NCBI GenBank assembly: GCA_036381495.1
Contig: DASVCS010000059.1
Coordinates: 2,352-66,351 of the forward strand
Direction: 5' to 3'
Length of the DNA: 64,000 nt
Source of the DNA: Longimicrobiales bacterium
Lineage (GTDB): Bacteria; Gemmatimonadota; Gemmatimonadetes; Longimicrobiales; RSA9
In this document: in pieces, positions 35,236 through 43,635 of the stretch
Layout of the letters: every line of letters begins with the position of its first letter
How positions within the stretch are numbered: position 1 is the stretch's first letter
Translations under genes and position numbers: made by a program
The notes under the pieces: generated by a model
Told to the model about the DNA's origin: nothing
What the model saw: only the letters and a program-made list of their open reading frames with translations
Databases searched by the model: none

Positions 35236-35396
35236 ATGTGGCGTAGAGATCCAAATCACTGCCACAAAACAACATGCGGCCCTGCGGGCGCCCGGCGCCG
35301 CCCCGGCGACCGTCCGGTTCCGGGAATCGCCGTCCCGGACGCGGACAATGTCCGGCGAACGGGGTGGTCGCGTTCGCGGAGCTGGTCTTCGTATTC

Positions 35397-35428
35397 GCGG
35401 ACCTGGTTTTACTTTTTCGATTCGTCCC
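35397..35428 (+). repeat. 32-nt motif, copy 8 (start-proximal arm of M4)
   Basis: GCGGACCTGGTTTTACTTTTTCGATTCGTCCC, exact. Confidence 0.95.
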
Positions 35429-35719
35429 ATCGGGTCGCCCGGATGGCCGATCCGGTGAGCCGGCCACCGACTACCCTGATGGCACCGGATCGCACCGCTT
35501 CCACCAGGCGCTCCCGACCGAGCCCCCGATCGCGTAGCCACGGCGTGGCCGGGGTCGATCACCGCGCGGGCGCTCGGCTCGCCGCGCACCAGACAGCACG
35601 CATGGCCGGCGTGGTTTCCGTCGCGGAGGGCATCCCACCGACCCCCGCACCGAACCTCCCCCCGCCGTTCGGAATCCTGCGGTGGCCAATTTCGAAACCA
35701 GCCAACACGCTGCCGATCC

Positions 35720-35751
35720 GGGACGAATCGAAAAAGTAAAACCTGGTCCGC
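35720..35751 (-). repeat. 32-nt motif, copy 9 (stop-proximal arm of M4)
   Basis: The plus strand reads GGGACGAATCGAAAAAGTAAAACCTGGTCCGC, exact. Lies 4 nt from the ADOP-11 TGA stop (35756-35758). Confidence 0.95.
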
Positions 35752-35755
35752 CTAT

Positions 35756-38164
35756 TCAATCCGCCCGCAGCGCCACCATCGGATCCACCCGCGCCGCGCG
35801 CCGCGCCGGGATCCAGCTCGCGAGCAGTCCGACGCCGCCGAGCACGAGCGCGACGGCCGTGAACGTCCCGGGGTCCGTCGCGCTGACCTCGTAGAGCATG
35901 CTGGCGACGACGCGGCTGAGCGCGAACGCCGCGACGAGCCCGATGCCGAGCCCGACCGCGACCATCGCCATCCCCTGGCGCACGACGAGGCCCACGACGT
36001 TGCCGTGCTTCGCGCCGAGTGCCACGCGGATGCCGATCTCGTGCGTCCGCTGTCGCGCGGTGTAGGCGACGACGCCGTAGATGCCGATCGCGGTGAGCAC
36101 GAGTGCGAGCCCGGCGAAGGTGGTGAGCAGGCGGGCGCGGAAGCGCTCGGCGGCGATGGATGCGCCGACGACTTCGGTCATCGGGCGCAGCCGCAGGATC
36201 GGCTGCTGGGAATCGGCCTCATGGATCGCTTCGCGGAGCGCGGCCACGACCGCCGCCGGGTTGTCGGTCCGGACCGCGAACGCGGCCATGAACCAGTTGT
36301 TCATCGCGCGGGTCATCCCGTCGCTGAGCTGCGCGCGGGGGATGAAGGCGGTGGGGCGCGCGCTCGCATCGAGGTCGATGTCCTTGATGTCGCGCACCAC
36401 GCCGACCACGACCCGTTCCGGTCTGTCGACCGCGATCCGCGCGCCGAGCGGGTCGTAATCGGCGAGGAACCGGCGCACGAACGCCTCGTTGACGAGCGCG
36501 ACGGGGGGTGCGCCCGCGTCGTCGGACTCGGTGAAGCCGCGGCCGCTCACCACCGTCGCGCCGAGCGTCCGGAGCAAGTCGGGGCTCACGGCACGGACCT
36601 CGATCACGTCGCCACGCCGCGGCCCGGGCGAGAGAATGCGGGCGCCGGTGTTCAGTCCCCGCTCGAGCGGCAGGTTGGATGCGGAGCCCGCGGCGACGAC
36701 GCCGGGCAGTCCCCGGATCCGGTCGAGCACCTGTCGCTCGAAGCGCCATGTCGCCGCCGTCGTCGTGTAGCGCTCGGGCGGGAGTGCGAGCTCGGCGGTG
36801 TAGACGCCCTCGGGCTCGAAGCCCAGCTCGACGCCGCTCAGCCGGAAGTAGCTGACGATGAACAGGCCGGCGCCGATCAGCAGCACGACGGAGAACGCGG
36901 CTTCGGCGGCGACGAGCAGGCCACGGGCGTGCAACCGCCGCGCACCGCCTGCCCGGGTGCGGCCCCCTTCTCGCAGCACGTCCGCGACGTCGGGTCGGGC
37001 GGCGCGCACCGCGCCCGCGAGCCCGACGGCGATCCCGGTCGCGAGCGAGACGGCCAGCGCGAAGCCGAGGACGCGGGTGTCGAGTCCGACGCGGTCGAGC
37101 CCCGGAACACCGGCCGGCGCCAGCGCGAGCACGGCGTCCAGCCCCCAGGCGGCGAGGACCAGCCCGGCGCCGCCCCCGGCCAGCCCGAGCAACACGCTCT
37201 CCGCGAGCAGGTGGCCGAGGATCCGGCCGCGGCCGGCGCCGAGCGCCGCGCGGACGGCCAGCTCGGCACGCCGCGCGGCAACGCGCCCCAGCAGCAGGTT
37301 CGCGACGTTCACGCACGCGATCAGCAGCACCAGCCCGACCGCGCCGAAGAGCACCCAGACGGCCGTATCGCGGCCGGCCACCAGGTAGTCGCGGTACGTC
37401 GCCGTCTCGAAGTGCTGGCCTCCGTCGATGGCGCCCGGGTCCATCGCCGCGAACCGCTCCGTGAACGCATCCGCCTCCGCCTGCAAGCGCTCGCGCGAGA
37501 TGCCCGGCTCGAGTCGGCCGAACGCCCGATAGTTGTGCCCCTGGTCGCGCGGGTCCACGACCAGCCGCAGCGGCGCGAGGACGTCGACCCCCGCGGGCGC
37601 GAAGCCGGGCGGCATCACGCCCACCACCATGTGCGGCGCGCCATCGAGCGTGATCGTCCGCCCGACCACCCCCGAATCCGCACCGAAGCTGCGCCGCCAC
37701 ACCCCATCGCTCAGGATGACGACCGCCGGACCGCCCGGCACGTCCTCCTCGGGAAGGAACGCCCGGCCCAGCGCCGGCATCACGCCGAGCACCTGGAAGT
37801 AGCCGTCGGAGACCAGCTCGCCCGCGAGCTGCTGCGGCTCGGCACTGCCCGTCAGCACGTACTGCGTCTCATCCGTGATGGCGAACGCCTCGAACGCCTC
37901 GCTGGTCTCCTTCCAGAGCTGCGCCTGTGCCGGCGTGAGCGCCATCGTGTTCCCACGGCCCGGGCCCCAGTTCCACCCGACCACCGCGAGCCGCTCCGGC
38001 TCCGGCCACGGCGCCGGATGCAACACCGTGCCGTCCAGGACGCTGAAGATCGCGGTGTTCGCCCCGATCCCGAGCGCCAGCGTGAGCACGGCCACGGCCG
38101 TGAAGCCGGGGGTTCGGCGCAGTGCGCGCGCGGCGTAACGGAGATCCCCTAGCCATGTGTTCAT
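35756..38164 (-). CDS. ADOP-11: double-FtsX ABC permease
   Basis: [40 protein letters not shown] ... [17 protein letters not shown]; 802 aa. Confidence 0.9.
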   Translation of the reverse strand: MNTWLGDLRYAARALRRTPGFTAVAVLTLALGIGANTAIFSVLDGTVLHPAPWPEPERLAVVGWNWGPGRGNTMALTPAQAQLWKETSEAFEAFAITDETQYVLTGSAEPQQLAGELVSDGYFQVLGVMPALGRAFLPEEDVPGGPAVVILSDGVWRRSFGADSGVVGRTITLDGAPHMVVGVMPPGFAPAGVDVLAPLRLVVDPRDQGHNYRAFGRLEPGISRERLQAEADAFTERFAAMDPGAIDGGQHFETATYRDYLVAGRDTAVWVLFGAVGLVLLIACVNVANLLLGRVAARRAELAVRAALGAGRGRILGHLLAESVLLGLAGGGAGLVLAAWGLDAVLALAPAGVPGLDRVGLDTRVLGFALAVSLATGIAVGLAGAVRAARPDVADVLREGGRTRAGGARRLHARGLLVAAEAAFSVVLLIGAGLFIVSYFRLSGVELGFEPEGVYTAELALPPERYTTTAATWRFERQVLDRIRGLPGVVAAGSASNLPLERGLNTGARILSPGPRRGDVIEVRAVSPDLLRTLGATVVSGRGFTESDDAGAPPVALVNEAFVRRFLADYDPLGARIAVDRPERVVVGVVRDIKDIDLDASARPTAFIPRAQLSDGMTRAMNNWFMAAFAVRTDNPAAVVAALREAIHEADSQQPILRLRPMTEVVGASIAAERFRARLLTTFAGLALVLTAIGIYGVVAYTARQRTHEIGIRVALGAKHGNVVGLVVRQGMAMVAVGLGIGLVAAFALSRVVASMLYEVSATDPGTFTAVALVLGGVGLLASWIPARRAARVDPMVALRAD

Positions 38165-38287
38165 GTGCAGCTCCTCGAGGATTCGATGGATCGGTCCCGC
38201 TCATCCGCGGCGGCATGTCCTGCAGGCCGGCATCCGGCGGCGAACCGGGACCCGGACCATGATCACGCCGCGCGCATTTCCATTCTC

Positions 38288-40711
38288 CTACTGCTCCCTC
38301 AGCGCCACCATCGGATCGACGTCGGCGGCCCGATGCGCCGGGAGATGGACGGCGATCAGCGTCACGGCCGCGAGCACGAGTGCGACGCCGGCGAAGGTCG
38401 CGGGGTCCGCCGGGTCCACGCCATAGAGCAGGCTGGAGAGGATGCGTGTCAGTGCGAGCGCCGCCACGATTCCCACGGCCAGCCCGGCCAGCGCGGGTGC
38501 GATCCCCTGAACGATGATCAGCCGAAGCACATCGCCCCTCGTCGCGCCGAGCGCGATGAGGATGCCGACCTCGTACGTGCGCCGGCTGACGGTGTACGCG
38601 ATCACGCCGTAGACGCCCAGTGCGGCGAGGATGAGCGCGAGGCCGCTGAAGCTGCCGAGCAGCAGCATGAGGAAGCGGGGCCGGGCGACCGTATCGGAGA
38701 CCACCCGCTGCATGGTCGTGACGCCGGAGATCGGTTGATCCGGGCTCACATCCCAGATCGCCCGCCGGATGGCGCCCGCGAGCCGCACGGGGTCGGTGGC
38801 GGTCCGGACGAACAGCTTCATGCTCGAGCGCGGCGCCAGATACATGGGGACGTAGACCGCCGGTCCCGGCGCCTGTGCGATTCCGTCGTTCCTCACGTCG
38901 CCGACGACACCCACGATGCGGAACTCGGATTCACCGGATCCGAGACTCTTGCCGACCGGGTCCTCACCGGGCCAGTAGCGCCGGGCCATGGCCTGGTTCA
39001 CGATCACCACCGGCGCGCCGTTCGTCTCATCCGCGGCCGTGAACACCCTCCCGCGCACAAGCGGGATTCCGAGCGCACGGAAGTAGCCCGACGAGACGAT
39101 GAACCCGCCCGATTCCGGCGTGATCGAAGACGCGTCGGTGCGGCCCGGCAGGGAGAACGAAAAGGGTTCGCCGCCGCCCCGCAGCGGGATCGTCTTGCTC
39201 GCGCCGACGGCCAGCACGCCCGGAAGGTTCGCGACCCGGTCGAGGATCTCGCGTCTGTACACGTTGCGTCGATCGCCCTGCGCGATCTCCGATGGCGTCG
39301 AGAGGCTGAGCGTGAGTACGTTCTCGCTGCTGAAGCCGGGATCGACGCGCGTAAGGTTCCAGAAGCTGCGGATCAGGAGACCCGCGCCCGCCAGCAGGAC
39401 GACCGCGAGTGCCGTCTCCGCGACGACGAACAGCCGGCGCATCCCGTGGCGCCGGCCGCCGGCGGTACCGCGCCCGCCTTCCTTGAGCGCCTCCCCGACG
39501 TCGACGCGCGAGGCGGTGAGCGAGGGGACGAGGCCGAAAACCACGCCGGTGAGCACGGAAACCGCGAGGGTGAAGCCGATGACCCGCGCGTCCAGTCGGA
39601 TCGCGTCCGGCCGCGGGATCGTCCCGGCGCTCAGGGACACGAACGCGTCGACGCCCCAGAACGCGAGCGCGAGACCGACGCCACCGCCGGCGAGCGCCAG
39701 CGCCACGCTCTCGGTGAGGAGCTGCCGAACCACGCGGGAGCGGCCGGCGCCGAGCGCCGCGCGGATCGCGAGCTCCCGGCTGCGCGCGTTGCCGCGGGCG
39801 AGCAACAGGTTGGCCAGGTTGGCGCAGGCGATGAGCAGCACGAGCGCCACCGCGCCGAGCAGGACGAGCAGCGCAGGGCGCACCTCGCCGACGAGCGACT
39901 CGCGCAGCGGGACCACCGTCGCCGAACCCCACCCCTCGTTCGTCTCCGGATATGCGCTCTCGAGACGCCGCAGAACGGTGTTGGTCGCCGACGTCGCCGT
40001 CTCGATCGTCGCACCCGGCGCGAGGCGCCCGAGCGCGGCGATCCAGCGGAGTCCCCGGACATGAGGGATGTCATCCTCGCCGATCAGCGACAGCGGAACC
40101 CAGATCTCCGTTTCCGGAGAGGGGAAGTCGAAGGACGGCGGCATGACACCGATGACCGTGAACGACTCGCCGTCCAGCGAGAGCGTCCGTCCGACCACGC
40201 CAGGATCGGATCCGAACCGGCGGCGCCAGAATCCGTCGCTCAGGACGACGACCCGGTCCGCGCCCGGCACGTTCTCGTCCGCTCCCGGCACGCGGCCCAG
40301 CGCGGGAGGCACGCCCAGCGCCGCGAAGAATTCGGCGGAAACGAACGCCGTCTCGAGCTCCCGCGGCTCACCGCCACCCACGAGGATCGTTTCGCTCTGC
40401 CCCGGGACGAAGTAGTACCCCGCCAATCGCTCGTAGACGACGTTGTCGCGCTTCAGATCCTCGAAGTCCTGTGGCGAGAACGCACCGGGCGTGACCGCGA
40501 AGCCGTTCTCGGGCGCGCGGTGCAGAACCCGGACCAGCCGCTCCGGCTCCGCGAACGGCAGCGGTTCGAGAAGCACGCCGTCGACCACGCTGAAGATGGC
40601 CGTGTTCCCGCCGATCCCGAGCGCCAGCGTGAGCACGGCCACGGCCGTGAAGCCGGGGGTACGGCGCAGCGAGCGAAACGCGTACCGCAGGTCCTGAAGC
40701 AGGTCGCCCAT
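38288..40711 (-). CDS. ADOP-12: double-FtsX ABC permease
   Basis: [40 protein letters not shown] ... [17 protein letters not shown]; 807 aa. Confidence 0.9.
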   Translation of the reverse strand: MGDLLQDLRYAFRSLRRTPGFTAVAVLTLALGIGGNTAIFSVVDGVLLEPLPFAEPERLVRVLHRAPENGFAVTPGAFSPQDFEDLKRDNVVYERLAGYYFVPGQSETILVGGGEPRELETAFVSAEFFAALGVPPALGRVPGADENVPGADRVVVLSDGFWRRRFGSDPGVVGRTLSLDGESFTVIGVMPPSFDFPSPETEIWVPLSLIGEDDIPHVRGLRWIAALGRLAPGATIETATSATNTVLRRLESAYPETNEGWGSATVVPLRESLVGEVRPALLVLLGAVALVLLIACANLANLLLARGNARSRELAIRAALGAGRSRVVRQLLTESVALALAGGGVGLALAFWGVDAFVSLSAGTIPRPDAIRLDARVIGFTLAVSVLTGVVFGLVPSLTASRVDVGEALKEGGRGTAGGRRHGMRRLFVVAETALAVVLLAGAGLLIRSFWNLTRVDPGFSSENVLTLSLSTPSEIAQGDRRNVYRREILDRVANLPGVLAVGASKTIPLRGGGEPFSFSLPGRTDASSITPESGGFIVSSGYFRALGIPLVRGRVFTAADETNGAPVVIVNQAMARRYWPGEDPVGKSLGSGESEFRIVGVVGDVRNDGIAQAPGPAVYVPMYLAPRSSMKLFVRTATDPVRLAGAIRRAIWDVSPDQPISGVTTMQRVVSDTVARPRFLMLLLGSFSGLALILAALGVYGVIAYTVSRRTYEVGILIALGATRGDVLRLIIVQGIAPALAGLAVGIVAALALTRILSSLLYGVDPADPATFAGVALVLAAVTLIAVHLPAHRAADVDPMVALREQ

Positions 40712-40756
40712 GTGCTGTCTCCTGTTCGGCGCGCCGGGTGCGATGACCGGAGCCGC

Positions 40757-43249
40757 TTACTCGCCTCGCAACGTGACCATCGGGTCCACGTTGCTCGCGC
40801 GCCGGGCCGGGATGTAGCTCGCGAGCAGTGCAACGCCGCCGAGCACGACCGCGATGCCCGCGAAGGTCATCGGATCCGCCGTGCCCACGTCGTAGAGCAT
40901 ACCGCTGAGGAAGCGGGTCAGAACGAACGCGGCGAGGAGACCGACCGCGATGCCGGCCAGAGCGAGGACCGCGCCCTGCCCCACCAGCAGCCGGACCACC
41001 GATTCGCGCCGTGCGCCGAGCGCCATGCGGATCCCCACCTCCTGCGTCCGCTGCGTCGACAGGTACGAGACCACGCCGTAGATGCCCATGACCGCCAACA
41101 GCAGCGCGGTGGCGCCGAAGGTGCCGATCAGGAGCAACGCGAAGCGCTGGGCGGAGAGCGATGCCGAAAAGATCTGCTCGAGCGTGCGGAAGCGCAGGGG
41201 CACCTCGGGGTTCAGCCCACGCACGATCCGGCGGGCCGACGCGATCATCCCTGCCGGTTCGATCGAACCGCGCATGACGACGCTGTATCGGAACGTCTTC
41301 AGCGGCCGCTGCCGCGAATTGGCGTAGAACGTGGGTTCCGGCTGCGCCACGAGACTCCGCTCCCGGACGTCGCCCACGATGCCGATGATCGTGAACGGCC
41401 GCAGGTCGCCGTCCATGTTGCCGAACTCGATGAGCTTGCCGATCGGGTCCTCGTTCGGCCAGCGGGCCTCCGCGAGGGATTCGCTGATGACTGCGACGTG
41501 CGGGGCGTCGGGGCCGTCGCGCTCGTCGAAGAGGCGCCCGCGCACGAGCGGGATCCCCATCGCCTCGAAGTATCCCTGGCTCGCAACCCGGAACTCCGCC
41601 GAACCGGTGTGCGTCGGGTCATCGAACATCCGATCGAGCCGCGCCATGAGCGCCGGCTCGCGCATGAGCTGCTCGAAGCTCGTCATGCCGGCAACCTGGT
41701 CCGGGCTGTCGAGGATGATGAACGTGCCGTTGCCCCCGCTGCCGGTCAGCGGGAAGACGTTCACGCCGCCGGCCGCCTCCACGCCGGGGATCGCGCGCAG
41801 CCGGCCGAGCAGCTCCGTGTAGAAGCGCCCGGTCCGTGCCTTCGCGGCCTCGTCCTCCGGGGAGGGCAGCCAGAGATCCATCACCACCGCCCCCTTCGTG
41901 CGGAATCCCGGATCGACCGCGAGCACGCGCAGGAAGCTGCGCGCGAGCAGCCCCGCGCCGACCAGCAGCACCAGCGTCAGCGCGACCTGCGACGCGGCGA
42001 GGATGCGACGGATCCGGTGGCCCGATGCCCCGCCGGTCTGTGTCCGCTGACCATCCGCGAGCGACCCGCGCACGTCCGTGCGCGTCGCCCGCAACGCCGG
42101 CGCAAGACCCAGCGCGACGGCCGCTCCGAGCGCAACGGCCAGCGCGAAGAGGAGCACGGCCCAGTCCACGCCGACCTCGTCGAGACGCGGCAGACCGCCC
42201 GGCTCGAACGCGAGCAGCGCGGGCACGCCCCAGACGGCCAGCAGCATTCCCAGCACGCCGCCCGCGAGGCACAGCACGAGCGCCTCGGTCAGGAACTGCA
42301 CGGCCAGCCGCCGTGCGCCTGCGCCCAGCGCCAGCCGGATCGACAGCTCCCGCTGCCGCGCCGCCATCCGCGCCAGCAGCAGGTTCACCACGTTCGCGCA
42401 CGCGATGAGCAGCAGGAACCCCGCCGCGCCCAGAAGGATCAGCAGCATCGGCCGCGCCCGGCCGACGAGTTCCTCGCGCAACGGGACCACGGCCGCATCG
42501 GACATCCGGGTATCATCGCCGTAGCGGGCCTTCAGCCGCCGCGCGACCGCAGTCAGGTCACTGCGCGCCTGCTCCAGCGCCACGCCATCGCGAAGGCGGC
42601 CGATCACCCGGAAGTTGTGGCCCGTGCGGGTCTGGTTGGCCAGCGATGCATCGCTCGGCAGCCACAGCTCGGTTCCCGCCGGAAACGAGAAGCCCGGTGG
42701 CATCACACCGATGACCGCGTACGCGCGGTCACCGATCCGCACGACGTCGTCCGAAAGATCCCGGTCGCCGCCGAGCCGGCTCTGCCAGTAACCGTAGCCG
42801 ACCACCGCCACCGCCGGGCCGGCCACGCCCAGCTCCTCCGGCAGGAACACCCGCCCGAGCGCCGGCTCCACCCCCAGCACATCGAAGAACCCGGACGTCA
42901 CCCACGCCGCGCCTACGCGGATCCCCTCGCCGCCGGCGGTGACCGACGCGGTGCTGCTCCCGTACGCGCCCATCGCCTCGAAGCTGCGGCTCTGATCGCG
43001 CAGATCCACGTAATTCGGATAGGACACGCTGAGCTGTGACCCGCCGCCCTCGCCCACCTGCCGGATCTGCACCACCTCATCCGGCTCCGGATACGGCAAC
43101 GGCCGCAGCAGCACGCCGTTGACCACGCTGAAGATCGCAGTGTTCGCGCCGATGCCGAGCGCGAGGGTGAGCACGGCGACGGCCGCGAAACCGGGGTTCC
43201 GGCGCAGCGTTCGGAGTGCGTAGCGAAAGTCGTGGAGCAGTCTATCCAT
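40757..43249 (-). CDS. ADOP-13: double-FtsX ABC permease
   Basis: [40 protein letters not shown] ... PARRASNVDPMVTLRGE. The second ATG (43249) is preferred because GAGAGG lies 6 nt upstream; the alternative start is 43255. Confidence 0.88.
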   Translation of the reverse strand: MDRLLHDFRYALRTLRRNPGFAAVAVLTLALGIGANTAIFSVVNGVLLRPLPYPEPDEVVQIRQVGEGGGSQLSVSYPNYVDLRDQSRSFEAMGAYGSSTASVTAGGEGIRVGAAWVTSGFFDVLGVEPALGRVFLPEELGVAGPAVAVVGYGYWQSRLGGDRDLSDDVVRIGDRAYAVIGVMPPGFSFPAGTELWLPSDASLANQTRTGHNFRVIGRLRDGVALEQARSDLTAVARRLKARYGDDTRMSDAAVVPLREELVGRARPMLLILLGAAGFLLLIACANVVNLLLARMAARQRELSIRLALGAGARRLAVQFLTEALVLCLAGGVLGMLLAVWGVPALLAFEPGGLPRLDEVGVDWAVLLFALAVALGAAVALGLAPALRATRTDVRGSLADGQRTQTGGASGHRIRRILAASQVALTLVLLVGAGLLARSFLRVLAVDPGFRTKGAVVMDLWLPSPEDEAAKARTGRFYTELLGRLRAIPGVEAAGGVNVFPLTGSGGNGTFIILDSPDQVAGMTSFEQLMREPALMARLDRMFDDPTHTGSAEFRVASQGYFEAMGIPLVRGRLFDERDGPDAPHVAVISESLAEARWPNEDPIGKLIEFGNMDGDLRPFTIIGIVGDVRERSLVAQPEPTFYANSRQRPLKTFRYSVVMRGSIEPAGMIASARRIVRGLNPEVPLRFRTLEQIFSASLSAQRFALLLIGTFGATALLLAVMGIYGVVSYLSTQRTQEVGIRMALGARRESVVRLLVGQGAVLALAGIAVGLLAAFVLTRFLSGMLYDVGTADPMTFAGIAVVLGGVALLASYIPARRASNVDPMVTLRGE

Positions 43250-43309
43250 GGTCATCCTCTCGATCAGGGGCTTCGGCCCGCCCGTTGCCTTGGTAGACCC
43301 GTCGCCATC

Positions 43310-43341
43310 GCGGACCAGGTTTTACTTTTTCGATTCGTCCC
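43310..43341 (+). repeat. 32-nt motif, copy 10 (start-proximal arm of M5)
   Basis: GCGGACCAGGTTTTACTTTTTCGATTCGTCCC, exact. Confidence 0.95.
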
Positions 43342-43603
43342 ACAGCGTCACCTGGCTGGCCGATCCGGTAGTGCGCCAACCGGACGTATCCGTGGAACGA
43401 GAGGCGCACGGCTTCGGACACGTGCCCCGGATCGCACAGCCGCCCCGCGACCCGCATTGGCCGCCACGCGAATGCTTGATCCACGCTCGCGTGCCGGCAC
43501 GCACGTCCGGCCCCGGCGCCGCCCTGTGGACCGCCCCACAACCAGGTGGGTCGAGCCGCCGCCAACCGGCTGATATCGGGATAAGCCAATGCCCTGGCGA
43601 TCT

Positions 43604-43635
43604 GGGACGAATCGAAAAAGTAAAACCTGGTCCGC
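43604..43635 (-). repeat. 32-nt motif, copy 11 (stop-proximal arm of M5)
   Basis: The plus strand reads GGGACGAATCGAAAAAGTAAAACCTGGTCCGC, exact. It directly abuts the ADOP-14 TGA stop (43636-43638). Confidence 0.95.

Larger units (their letters stand above)
35397..35751. repeat. inverted-repeat-bounded intergenic module M4 (355 bp)
   Basis: Bounded by inverted motif copies 35397-35428 and 35720-35751. Confidence 0.85.
43310..43635. repeat. inverted-repeat-bounded intergenic module M5 (326 bp)
   Basis: Bounded by inverted motif copies 43310-43341 and 43604-43635. Confidence 0.85.

Noticed and set aside
35230-35739. Plus-strand ORFs inside modules that end in ...DESKK/..GESKK (35230-35739, 21490-21795) as a conserved small protein.
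   Set aside because: The shared C-terminal residues simply translate the conserved motif DNA. In M5 the same frame has a stop 13 codons upstream, and frames differ between modules, so there is no conserved coding potential.
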